Assembly: GCA_026004395.1 (NCBI GenBank)
Contig: BPJB01000001.1
Span: 841,226-905,225 of the forward strand
Length of the DNA: 64,000 nt
Direction: 5' to 3'
Source of the DNA: Patescibacteria group bacterium
Lineage (GTDB): Bacteria; Patescibacteriota; Microgenomatia; Levybacterales; UBA12049
Shown in pieces: positions 30,470-40,388 of the stretch. A model generated the notes under the pieces. That model had not been told where the DNA came from, ran no database searches, and worked only from the letters and a program-made list of their open reading frames with translations. The position numbers were made by a program, and so were the translations under genes. Each line of letters begins with the position of its first letter. The stretch's first letter is position 1.

Positions 30470-30738
30470 AAAACTAAAATATCAGCTTAAATAATACAAG
30501 GATTAATTATTATGATTATTAGTTGCTTCAATAGAATAAATATTAATCATCAAGATTATTAAATTAAAATTATTTTAAACACATTCTCAACTACTGTTAA
30601 ATTAATGCATGTAGGACAATTTTTACACCTTTATAATTTATCTTTATTCTAAATCTTTTGTCAGAATATTAAATTCGATAAATTAAAAAAACGATAAAAC
30701 TTACTCTAATTTATCTTAATTAATTTCATTACTAATCA

Positions 30739-30790
30739 AAATCACAAAATACCGCTCGAGTGTGAATTTGTGATTTGCTCTTACAATTCT
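30739..30790 (+). repeat. Dispersed palindromic element, copy 2 (downstream of PaaX-like gene)
   Basis: 52 of 52 bases match copy 1. Confidence 0.95.
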
Positions 30791-30825
30791 AAAATGATTC
30801 CCGAATAAAGAATAACTATAGATTT

Positions 30826-31473
30826 TTAAGCTAAGCCAAAATAAGTTTTGTAAGCTGCGTCATCTTCAATTTTCTCCACCAAAAGATACTTCAAATACCT
30901 TCCTACTCCATAATATTCACGTAAAAATTCTATTTCATCGTAACAAGGATAGGGAATTAGATAGACACTTTCTTGTATTGATAAAAATCCCAGATTTTTA
31001 AGTATGTGCGATAAAAGCTCTTGCAGCCGTTTTTGCTGTTGAGGAATATCATACATAACAACTCTCCATTTACCATCCCATCTATGAGGTTTTTTAATTA
31101 TTAACTCTTCAAGAGCATAGGTGAGAATTCTTTTTCTACCATCTTTTGTGATGATGATTGTCTGTTTGCCGTTGACATACTTTCTTTGAATTAGTTTTTG
31201 TTTTTCAAGCCTCTTAAGTGTTTGACGCAGATAACCATGGTTAAATTTCTTCCATTGTTCCCATTCGTTATTATTCTTTTCCAAAGATTTTGCCATGAGA
31301 AATGCTGCACGTGGGGCAAAAAATGCTGCTGGAATTAAAATTCCCATTCCCAGGAATGTAAGCACTGTCTTAATTTGAGCATAACGCTTTCTACCATCTT
31401 CGTGGCTAATTCTTTGATATAATAAACGAGCTATTTTTTCAATTTGTGCATCTGACGGAATTCTATCTATCAT
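30826..31473 (-). CDS. PaaX-like wHTH regulator with Cas2-like ferredoxin domain (CPR-expanded family)
   Basis: YLRQTLKRLEKQKLI...ITKDG wHTH; WDGKWRVVMYDIP...LGFLSIQESVYL. ATG 31473 preferred over track start 31494. Confidence 0.85.
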   Translation of the reverse strand: MIDRIPSDAQIEKIARLLYQRISHEDGRKRYAQIKTVLTFLGMGILIPAAFFAPRAAFLMAKSLEKNNNEWEQWKKFNHGYLRQTLKRLEKQKLIQRKYVNGKQTIIITKDGRKRILTYALEELIIKKPHRWDGKWRVVMYDIPQQQKRLQELLSHILKNLGFLSIQESVYLIPYPCYDEIEFLREYYGVGRYLKYLLVEKIEDDAAYKTYFGLA

Positions 31474-31572
31474 AAGTGAAAATAATAAAATCAAACCTCT
31501 TATTTATCCTAACATAAAAAAATAATAAATAAATAATTAATGTTAAATTAATAGCATTATAACCTATAGTCA

Positions 31573-31623
31573 AAATCACGAAATGCCGCTCGAGTGTGAA
31601 TTTGCGATTTTTCTTACAATTCT
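31573..31623 (+). repeat. Dispersed palindromic element, copy 3 (upstream of PaaX-like gene)
   Basis: AAATCACGAAATGCCGCTCGAGTGTGAATTTGCGATTTTTCTTACAATTCT, a few substitutions relative to copies 1 and 2. Confidence 0.92.
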
Positions 31624-31848
31624 AACTAAATTCAAACTAAATTGAATATAATGAAGTATTTATGAAAATAGACTTTAAGTTTTATTTGACTTTAAAATAT
31701 TTATTAATTAAGTCTGTTTTTAAAAATAATTTGAGAAAAATATTTTCCTTTTTACCTACTTTTAATTTTTCACAAAGAATGTATCCCATATGTTTTAATG
31801 CAATTCGAAGCCTTGCATTTTACTAATTTATTTGCTAGAATGTTTTTA

Positions 31849-31975
31849 TCCAGAGACAGCTGGTTCTGATAAACAGAATAAATCCAGCCGAGGAGAAAAT
31901 ACACGACGCGTTTGAGGAAAGCAATACCTTTACTTCGAACGAAGAAGATACACTCCTTGGCGAGTGTTTTTTTAC
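31849..31975 (+). promoter_or_regulatory. L10 leader (rplJ autoregulatory RNA) with terminator
   Basis: CCAGAGACAGCTGG...TAAATCCAGCCGAGG matches the L10-leader pattern; ACACTC-loop-GAGTGT TTTTTT hairpin; TTGCAT-N17-TAGAAT promoter at 31813. Confidence 0.8.
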
Positions 31976-32045
31976 GACAAAACAGTTTATTGTTTGTTAG
32001 ATAGACTTCAGAACCAAGTAGAAAATTCTGGAAGATATTACACAT

Positions 32046-32606
32046 ATGGCAAAAACAGCTGCGGTATCACATCAGGCAACTCCCTATACAGGACGCGCAA
32101 GAAAAGAAGCAATTGTCAAAGAACTTTCTGAAAAAATTCAAAAAGCAAAAGCATTTGTGTTCACCAATTATCAAGGTCTTACGCATCAACAGCTCGAAGG
32201 GTTAAAGAAAGCAGTTAAAAAAATTGATGCAGAGTTTGTGGCTGTTAAAAATACTCTTATACTTAGAGCACTAAAGGACTATCCTCTATCAGAGGAAGAC
32301 AAGTCATATTTTAAAAATCCAACAGCTGTACTTTTTATCTACAGCGACATAGTAGAACCACTAAAACATTTAGCCAAAACAATAAAAGATCTTGGTCTTC
32401 CAGTAGTAAAGTTTGGTATTTTAGACAAAAAATCAATTACCGCTGAACAAGTTCTCAACCTAGCTACACTACCGCCACTTCCTGTACTTCGAGCGCAACT
32501 TTTAGGACAGATGAAATCGCCTATTCAAGGTTTACATCGAGCATTGCAATGGAATATTCAATCTTTAGTGATGACATTAAACGCTATTGCACAGAAAAAA
32601 TCTTAA
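32046..32606 (+). CDS. rplJ: 50S ribosomal protein L10
   Basis: TNYQGLT, VKNTL, LATLP; precedes rplL. Confidence 0.95.
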   Translation: MAKTAAVSHQATPYTGRARKEAIVKELSEKIQKAKAFVFTNYQGLTHQQLEGLKKAVKKIDAEFVAVKNTLILRALKDYPLSEEDKSYFKNPTAVLFIYSDIVEPLKHLAKTIKDLGLPVVKFGILDKKSITAEQVLNLATLPPLPVLRAQLLGQMKSPIQGLHRALQWNIQSLVMTLNAIAQKKS

Positions 32607-32681
32607 CGTTTGTCCTTGCGACAAGCAAAGCGAGGAGAAATCTCCTCTAAACAAAAATCAAGGAAAGGTGGTGAATGAAAA

Positions 32682-33077
32682 ATGGCAAAACTTTCTAAAG
32701 AAGAATTAATTGAAGCAATTGAGCAGATGTCTGTTCTTGAGCTCTCAGATCTGGTGAAAGCACTTGAAGAAAAGTTTGGAGTAAGTGCGGCTGCGATGGC
32801 CGTTGCTGCTGCTCCTCAACCAGCGGCAGGAGCACAAGCTGAATCTGCTCCAGCTGAAGAACAAACAGTTTTCAATGTTGTTCTTACCAATCCTGGAGCC
32901 AACAAAATAGCTGTAATTAAAGCAATACGGGAATTAGTTCCAACACTGGGGCTTAAAGAAGCTAAAGATCTTGTCGATACTGCTCCAAAAGAAATCCTAA
33001 CGCAGGTCAACAAAAAAACAGCAGAAGAAGCAAAAGAGAAGTTAACGGCTGCAGGTGCAACTGTAGAACTCAAATAA
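32682..33077 (+). CDS. rplL: 50S ribosomal protein L7/L12
   Basis: [39 protein letters not shown]. Confidence 0.98.
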   Translation: MAKLSKEELIEAIEQMSVLELSDLVKALEEKFGVSAAAMAVAAAPQPAAGAQAESAPAEEQTVFNVVLTNPGANKIAVIKAIRELVPTLGLKEAKDLVDTAPKEILTQVNKKTAEEAKEKLTAAGATVELK

Positions 33078-33102
33078 GCTTTCTTCTTTGTTTCTAAAAA
33101 AG

Positions 33103-33163
33103 TATCTAGTATCAAGTAAATTGTATTTGGCAAATCCATTGCATACTTGTACTAGATATTTTT
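33103..33163 (+). terminator. Long hairpin with T-tract after rplL
   Basis: TATCTAGTA(T)CAAGTA...TACTTGTACTAGATA followed by TTTTT. Confidence 0.6.
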
Positions 33164-33275
33164 AGTTAAACGATGTTCTCTTTGTTGAGTGTAAAAAATT
33201 CATGCCCTAACGGTTTTTACTCCATAAGGAAAATTTGCTCTTGACAGAGATCATTTTCTCAACTACGCTGAAGTT

Positions 33276-36200
33276 ATGGGGTTTCTATCACCCATCACAT
33301 TACTTTATCAACAGCTTTCTTTGAAAAAAAGATATATCTTACTTACTCTTTTACTTTTCATACTCCTCCCACTTTTTCTTCTTGTAGCTTTTCGATCAAC
33401 AGAACTTCGCAATCGTGCATCCACCACAGCTTCTCTTGAAGCGGAGGACGGTACAGTTGTAGGTGATGTCCAAATCATATCCGATGCCAGTGCCTCCTCA
33501 GGAAAATACATTGAATTTTCCAAATCAAACACAGCAATCATTGGAACAAAATATTATGTAGATTGTGTAAATGGCAATGATAATAACAGTGGCACATCAG
33601 AAAACTCAGCTTGGAAATCATTAACAAAAGCCAGTCAAGCCAATCTTTCACCGGGAGATGGGTTACTCCTCAAACAGGGATGTGTATTCTCTGACTCTTT
33701 AAGCATCCCTTGGCAAGCAACTGATACAGCTCCTATTGTTATTTCATCTTATGGACAAGGAAATCCTCCTATTATCAGAACATCGGTCAATAACTCAGCA
33801 GGTGTAAAAATTAGCGGATCTTATATCATCATACAAAATATAACAGCCGAGGGTATAGCTCCAACAATTGATCCGGGTTGTTCGGATAATTCTAAAGGCT
33901 ATATAGTCGGTTTTCAGTTAGAGGATGGCTCTCATCATATAACCTTAAGAAACGTAAAGGCAACAGGAAACTATGCAGGAGTATATATCAAAACAAACTC
34001 GTCATTCAACAAAATTCTCAACAGTACATTTGCAAATAACCGTATGATGAACCCACTTGATACAGCAAGTGATAATGACGCAGGCGCATTTGGTATCCTT
34101 ATTCATGGAAAAGATAATGAAATTGCTTATAATACTCTCTCTGGACAGGATGCGTGCTCATATGATTATGGTAGAGATGGTGCGGACATTGAGGTATATA
34201 AAGGACAAAGAAATAACATTCATCATAATATAGGCAGTAATAGCGATGCATTTACTGAACTAGGTGGTGACAGTAGCATAAAGGCTGCAGATAATATATA
34301 TGCCTATAATGTCTTCACATCTTCTCTAAATAAATCAATTTTTCTTGTAACTCGTGGATCAGGAGTAAAATACGGTCCCGTGTATAGGACAAAGCTTTAT
34401 AACAACTCAGTGTACCTAACTGGCGGATCATCGCAAGGATTTGTCTGCCATGCAGGCTGCAGTAGCGAAATTCTCACTATGCGCAACAATATCATCAAAG
34501 CTGGTCAAAAAGATGGCTACGCTGATGGTACATTTGATGAAAATTATAATCTTTATGGAGGAACATCCCAACAATTTACTCTTGGACCAAATAGCAAAAA
34601 AGCAGACCCTCGATTCACTAGTACAATCAATCTTCATCTTCAAGCGGGCAGTCCAGCCATTGACGCTGGCAGCCAAGACTCAATATCAGCAGGATATCGA
34701 AATGATTTAGACAATACTCCTGTTCCACAAGGTAGTGCTGTTGATATGGGTGCATATGAATATAGATCAGTACTTGGAGCCAAAACACAGGCAATTGGAG
34801 GACAAGTTCTGCAAGCATCTTCAAAGCCAATAACTATCGCGGCAGTTGGCGATATGAATCCAGATGGCAACACTAGCACCACCTCACCCTCTGGTAAGAA
34901 CGCTGCGGCAATAGCAGCAGGATTGGCAAATGGATCAATTGATGCATTTTTAGGTCTTGGCGATTTTCAATACAGCATTGGCAACTGCTCATCATTCGTT
35001 AATTATTGGAATCGTTTATGGAGTGGCACCAAATCTAAACTCTATTGGATAAGTGCTCCTAACCATGACTGGGAGCCAGGACGAAATGAGGATTTGGATG
35101 ATTTTATGAATGGAGCCTGCCCCGGTGATAACGTAAAAAGTGCTATTAATGCTCAGCGTGGATTTATCGGCAATGGTGATCCGTATTCTTTTGATATTGG
35201 TAATTGGCATTTTGCGATGCTTAGCACTGCCTTATGGCGTTATGATACAACCAAAGCAAGACAAGTAACTACATGGCTTGATAACGACCTCGCGCAAGCA
35301 AAAGCTGCTGGCAAATTTCTTGTCGTTGCCTACCATGATCCCTATTTTACCAGCAACACCTCTTCCCACAGCCGGGAGACAGCTGTGAAACCTTGGATAG
35401 ATATTATGGACAAATATGATGTACGATTGACATTGTCAGGTTCTCAACATAACTATGAGAGATCCTGTCCTGTCACCAAAGATGATATCTGTGCTGCAGA
35501 GAACGATCCGAATGGCATGACAGCATTTCAAGTCTCAACTGGCGGAATTGGACTACGTTCATTTACAAGCTCACCCTCCTATATTGTCAAAAGGTTTTCC
35601 GATACATGGGGCTGGCTTAAATTATCTCTTTATCCTGACGGATCTTTCTCATGGCAATTTAATCCCGTACAAGGATCAAGCACCGACTCCGGATTTCGAC
35701 CTGCTCCGGGAAGCAGTATCTCCCCTGCTCCAACATCCACTCCGACTCCATCTCTGACACCTACACCCCTTCCTTCACCAACACCAACTGCTTCTCTTTC
35801 AACACCTACTCCAACAGCCACTCCATGCCCAGTTATACCCCAAAATGCTGGATCAGTAGTAACATCTATTACAATTCCTACAGAGGGAACATATGCTGTC
35901 TGGTCTAGAATCAAAGCGAACGATGAATTTAACAACTCTTACTTTCTGCAGATAGATGACTCCTGTCCATATGTTGTGGGTGATGCATCTTTGATCTCTA
36001 AAGATGCATGGAGTTGGGTGAATTACCAAAATGGTAATCCGCAACAAAAGATTGAAATTAACCTTAAGCAGGGAACACATATTATTAAACTAATAGCACG
36101 TGAAACTGGGGTCAAAGTTGATAAACTCCTCTTTCTCTCTGATAGCAGCTGCATACCAACTGATTTAGGAGATAACTGTACTGCATCTACTCTTCCTACA

Positions 36201-37304
36201 CCCACGAATACCCCAACTCCTACACCAACATCTACTCCAACTCCTATTTCTACACCAACACCTACACCATCACCTACGCCAACAAGCACTAATACTCCCA
36301 CTCCACATCCAACCTCTTCAACTACACCTACACCGATTTTAGGACAAACCATAGATCTTTTACCTTTGGCTGATACTTTTGTACGAAAAGACCATCCAAC
36401 CCGCAACTATGGATCATCTACTCATCTTGAATCAGACGGTGATACAAGAGCGATCTCATATCTTAAATTTGATCTTAGAGCACTTGCTGGTAAATCTTTA
36501 ACAACTGCCCAATTATCACTAACAATAACCAATCCGTCTAAACAAGCGCACTATATTTATCTTTTGACCAATACAGCATGGGAAGAATCTACTATAAACT
36601 ATGCAACACGCATAGAACCTACAAACTCTCCTATCGCTTCAATTCCTCCTTCAGACAAAGGCAAAAAGCTTACAATCAATCTTACACCTGCTCTTAAAAA
36701 CCACTTAGGTGAAATAATCACTTTAGCAATTACTTCATCATCTAGCGATGGAATGGACTTCTACTCCAAAGAAGCAGCATCAGGCAAACCACTACTCTCC
36801 ATAGCAACAGATACTCAATCTGTTAGTACATTAAAAGAAGAAGTATTCTTACCTATTGATGATACATTTGTCCATAAAGACAACCCCCAAACCAATTATG
36901 GTTCATGGAAATCATTGGAAGTTGATGGGGATCCACAAAAAATTATATATATGAAATTTGATCTATCAAAGTTAGCAGGAAAAATAATTCGTCATGCAGA
37001 ATTAAGATTTCGTGTTAAAGATACTTCATACTCAACACAGATTATTCGTTTTGTTGAAAATCATCAATGGGATGAGCACACTTTAAATTTTGTAAAACGA
37101 TACCAACCCTCACTACCAATTCGAACAATTCATGGAGGTAAAAAGGATACTTATCTTAACATTGACGTTACCTCAGTTGTACAGCTTAAAGCAGGCACTA
37201 TTTTTTCTTTTTTGATTGAATCAAACGGTAGTGATGGACTTGATATCTACTCCAAAGAGATACCCAATCCTGACTATCGTCCCGCACTGATAGTATCCTA
37301 CTAA
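33276..37304 (+). CDS. Large secreted multidomain protein: beta-helix, metallophosphoesterase, CBM-like domain and two DNRLRE/CBM96-like domains
   Basis: TM; YYVDCVNGNDNNSG...AWKSL beta-helix ending SPAIDAG...DMGAYEY; AAVGD/LGDFQY/NHD/YHDP/QHNYER phosphoesterase; PT linkers; two DTFV.KD.P..NYGS...Y.KFDL repeats. Confidence 0.8.
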   Translation: MGFLSPITLLYQQLSLKKRYILLTLLLFILLPLFLLVAFRSTELRNRASTTASLEAEDGTVVGDVQIISDASASSGKYIEFSKSNTAIIGTKYYVDCVNGNDNNSGTSENSAWKSLTKASQANLSPGDGLLLKQGCVFSDSLSIPWQATDTAPIVISSYGQGNPPIIRTSVNNSAGVKISGSYIIIQNITAEGIAPTIDPGCSDNSKGYIVGFQLEDGSHHITLRNVKATGNYAGVYIKTNSSFNKILNSTFANNRMMNPLDTASDNDAGAFGILIHGKDNEIAYNTLSGQDACSYDYGRDGADIEVYKGQRNNIHHNIGSNSDAFTELGGDSSIKAADNIYAYNVFTSSLNKSIFLVTRGSGVKYGPVYRTKLYNNSVYLTGGSSQGFVCHAGCSSEILTMRNNIIKAGQKDGYADGTFDENYNLYGGTSQQFTLGPNSKKADPRFTSTINLHLQAGSPAIDAGSQDSISAGYRNDLDNTPVPQGSAVDMGAYEYRSVLGAKTQAIGGQVLQASSKPITIAAVGDMNPDGNTSTTSPSGKNAAAIAAGLANGSIDAFLGLGDFQYSIGNCSSFVNYWNRLWSGTKSKLYWISAPNHDWEPGRNEDLDDFMNGACPGDNVKSAINAQRGFIGNGDPYSFDIGNWHFAMLSTALWRYDTTKARQVTTWLDNDLAQAKAAGKFLVVAYHDPYFTSNTSSHSRETAVKPWIDIMDKYDVRLTLSGSQHNYERSCPVTKDDICAAENDPNGMTAFQVSTGGIGLRSFTSSPSYIVKRFSDTWGWLKLSLYPDGSFSWQFNPVQGSSTDSGFRPAPGSSISPAPTSTPTPSLTPTPLPSPTPTASLSTPTPTATPCPVIPQNAGSVVTSITIPTEGTYAVWSRIKANDEFNNSYFLQIDDSCPYVVGDASLISKDAWSWVNYQNGNPQQKIEINLKQGTHIIKLIARETGVKVDKLLFLSDSSCIPTDLGDNCTASTLPTPTNTPTPTPTSTPTPISTPTPTPSPTPTSTNTPTPHPTSSTTPTPILGQTIDLLPLADTFVRKDHPTRNYGSSTHLESDGDTRAISYLKFDLRALAGKSLTTAQLSLTITNPSKQAHYIYLLTNTAWEESTINYATRIEPTNSPIASIPPSDKGKKLTINLTPALKNHLGEIITLAITSSSSDGMDFYSKEAASGKPLLSIATDTQSVSTLKEEVFLPIDDTFVHKDNPQTNYGSWKSLEVDGDPQKIIYMKFDLSKLAGKIIRHAELRFRVKDTSYSTQIIRFVENHQWDEHTLNFVKRYQPSLPIRTIHGGKKDTYLNIDVTSVVQLKAGTIFSFLIESNGSDGLDIYSKEIPNPDYRPALIVSY

Positions 37305-38468
37305 AAAGATTGTTAAAAATTTACAAAAATTTGTTCTTAACCAATATTATTTCTTCTCAGTCATACCAAATAATATTCGACCTATTGATGACTACTAAAC
37401 AGCAAAAAAATTAAATAAAATAGCCTAAAACCAAAATAATTTATGGCTTGGCAATATATTCCAATTTTTGGAAATCATTTCATTTTTAATAAGATCTAAG
37501 CAATTTTTATGATTATGGTAAAAATTAAGTCAAGATATACAAACTTTCTAACAAAGATCAAGGCTTTATTTAAAAACGACTAAACTCTATAACATCAATT
37601 AATAAATCTCTTTATTTAAAGATACTCAAAGTTATTTTCAGATGCAGAAATTGTTGTACTTTTTATTTGTGTAAATATATTAGGATTATTTTGATAATCT
37701 AATCTTATTTAATGAATAAAAATAATATACAAGAATCATTCTTATTAAAATGTTGAACAAATTTAGAATGCAGATTAGACAGCAATCTTAAAATCCATTG
37801 TTCTGTAAAAACCATTCCTGTAAAAACTCTAATTCTATTATGAAATATCGCAGTTTATAAAAGTATGTGGATATCCCCCAAAAATCCACATACTTTAGGA
37901 TGTAGATAAACTACCTTATAATGGCATACTATAGGAAAAATAAAATGCAAAATTAAATCTTATAGCAAAAAATAAAAGGATTATAAAATAAAATTAATTA
38001 AAACAAATCTTCTAAAGTCAAACTGTATACTGATAGAAAATTTACTATTTTTTTAATTTATTAAAATAATAAATCTTTATAATAATTAGCACTTAAGATC
38101 TATTAATGCTTATTGTTTAATACACTGCTTGCAAATAATTAACGGTCGATGCCTAAGAAGCTTTGACTTAATAGATTAATTATCTTAGTAGTTTTCAGGT
38201 AAAAAAAATTTTTTATTCTTCAAATTAGTCGGAGTAAAAAACAATACTTCACTGCTTAAGTAGAATATCAGGAAAAAAAATTCTTCTAAAAGCTGAAGAT
38301 TCTCTAAGCTCTGATTAATAAAATTAATTTACCCTATTGGGTGATTCAAGATTTAGCATCATCTCATACTTATCTGAATTCAACTTTTATTTTTTTATTT
38401 TTATTGTTTTCTTTAAGTTCTTCCATCAATTGAAATTCACAACTGCTTGTGGATGTATTTTAGAAGCA

Positions 38469-39008
38469 TTATTGACTACCGGTATTTACCTCACCAGTGG
38501 TATCTGTATTGTGCCCACCGGTATTGTTTTCTAATAAACTTGGAATTCTTAACCCATTTTGATCGAATTTAAATCCAAATAATGTGCCCAAAACCAGATT
38601 AAGAATCAGGAATGAGCCAAAGACTACAATCAAGCCGATTATGGCACCGATAATCGTATAACGTGCTGACTCGACTTTGGTCTTATCACCACCTGATGTG
38701 ATCCATTTGATCCCTCCCCAGATGAGGAAGATAATAGCTACCAATGCACCTGCTATCAGCAAATAGGTGAGAATAGTTTTGAAAAGTGTATCAGCACTAG
38801 TAGTGGTGCAGAGTACTTGTAGCTTCCCATCTTTTGGACATAAAGAAATACTCTGTTGATCAGTTGTTGATGTACTGGGTGTGGGAGTAGGCTGTGAAGA
38901 TTGAGAAAAATCAAATGCAGACCAAGCGGCAAGTGCTTGAGGAGCTGAAGTAAAGTAAAGTGAAAAAATTAGTACTGCGGAAAGCAATTTTCTACGAGAA
39001 GAAATCAT
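38469..39008 (-). CDS. CPR-type pilin (TrbC/VirB2-like)
   Basis: Signal peptide, then IFLIWGGIKWITSGGDKTKVESARYTIIGAIIGL. ATG 39008 preferred. Confidence 0.85.
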   Translation of the reverse strand: MISSRRKLLSAVLIFSLYFTSAPQALAAWSAFDFSQSSQPTPTPSTSTTDQQSISLCPKDGKLQVLCTTTSADTLFKTILTYLLIAGALVAIIFLIWGGIKWITSGGDKTKVESARYTIIGAIIGLIVVFGSFLILNLVLGTLFGFKFDQNGLRIPSLLENNTGGHNTDTTGEVNTGSQ

Positions 39009-39560
39009 AGCTAATTTAGCATAAGCATATAAAAAATGAAATGTCAAATTAATTTTTAAAAAAAATCAATACATTGGCGCTATTTTTCATTTTTCATAAT
39101 AAAATAGTTTATGGCAGAAATATTTTCAAGTTTATGTACTGCAGTATTAAAAAAATAGCAGATCATGATCACTAGAATATCTAATTAGATTCGAAGATGA
39201 CTATTGGATCAGTCTTATTACTTTGTTCATCATGTTGCTGTTGGTAATAATAATTATGGGTTTTTATATCTTCTAATTTTTCTCTACCCCGCTTGTCTTC
39301 TGATTTTATGATGCAATCCCTTAATAGTTGCTTTCTTCCAAACTATATAATTCTTTTCTATATTACCACCCCACCACTCTTTTACAACTCACTCTTTGAG
39401 AGTGTGATAAAAGTTTCCAACTAGAGAGATCTTATTTATCAAGCTATGATATTCGTTAAAAACGAAGATCTTAGTACATCTTAGAGCAAAATATGAACTC
39501 TAGGTTTTCTCTCTATAAACATTTTTAAAGTCATTTGTAAAAAAACATATTTTATTTTTT

Positions 39561-40337
39561 GGTAATTATGTAAAAATCGATACAATTCTAGTAAATGTTA
39601 CAAATAATGGATCGATTTAACTGTCTGTTTTGCATTTATGGACGACTCAAAACAAATTCTGAGAGTGCGATGCAAAAGGAGATACTCGTATGAGCGTACA
39701 AACGTATCAAGAAGATCCTTGAATATTCCACGTTGGAGATACCTACACACCGTGTAGCAAAGTTTATGAAGATTAACCACAGAACTGTTTTGAACATATA
39801 CCAAAAGCTTCGAAAATTGCTTGCTGATGAATCTCACAAGGAGCGGAAGAAAGTGCTTTCTGGTGAGATCGAGATTGATTGATGATGCCTACTTTGGCAA
39901 ACGAAAAGGACAACGAAGGAGAGCTGTGCTGAGGAGGTGCTTGTTTTGGGCATGCTTGAAAGACATGGAAAGGTGTTTACTACTCTTCCTGAGAAATTGG
40001 GAGTTCCCCAAGTTGCAAAGATCATTCAACGGTAGTCTGAAAAAGGTAGTATCTTTTACACGGACAAGTACCGTTCCTAAAATTCGCTGGTATTCTTCGG
40101 AAAACACCTGAGACTTGATCATCCAAAGGAGTTTGTGAGAGAGGGAAACATTCATCTTAACGGACTGGAAGGCTTTTGAAGTTTTGCCAAAGAAAGAATC
40201 CTCCAATACCATGGTGTTTCGAGAAGATACTTCTTCTATTATCTGAAAGAGCTTGAGTTTTGGTACAACCATAGACAAGAAAACCTCTACCCTACTTTGA
40301 CAAATTTTTATTTTATGTCGAAAAGTACATAATTACC
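39561..40337 (+). mobile_element. Degenerate IS1595-family element
   Basis: Terminal inverted repeats GGTAATTATGTA...TACATAATTACC. Frameshifted DDE fragments GEIEID/DAYFG, VFGMLER, FYTDKY, HLNGLEGF*SFAK, YLKELEFWYNHR. Confidence 0.88.
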
Positions 40338-40388
40338 AAAATAATTATTATTTGTATAAAATGAAATGATATAATTTAATAGTCTCAT

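Noticed and set aside
30826-31473. CRISPR-Cas locus suggested by the Cas2-like domain and repeats
   Set aside because: No cas1 or effector genes, and the repeats are dispersed rather than a regular repeat-spacer array.
32607-32681. Two small hairpins between rplJ and rplL
   Set aside because: Structured rplJ-rplL spacers are ordinary, and nothing beyond that is evident.
35630-36406. Gly/Val-rich ORFs on the opposite strand (also 30109, 59333 and 63250)
   Set aside because: They are antisense shadows of Pro/Thr- or Gly/Thr-rich coding sequence.
37305-38468. Replication origin in the long AT-rich gap
   Set aside because: Only weak DnaA-box-like matches, no dnaA or dnaN nearby, and skew cannot be assessed here.
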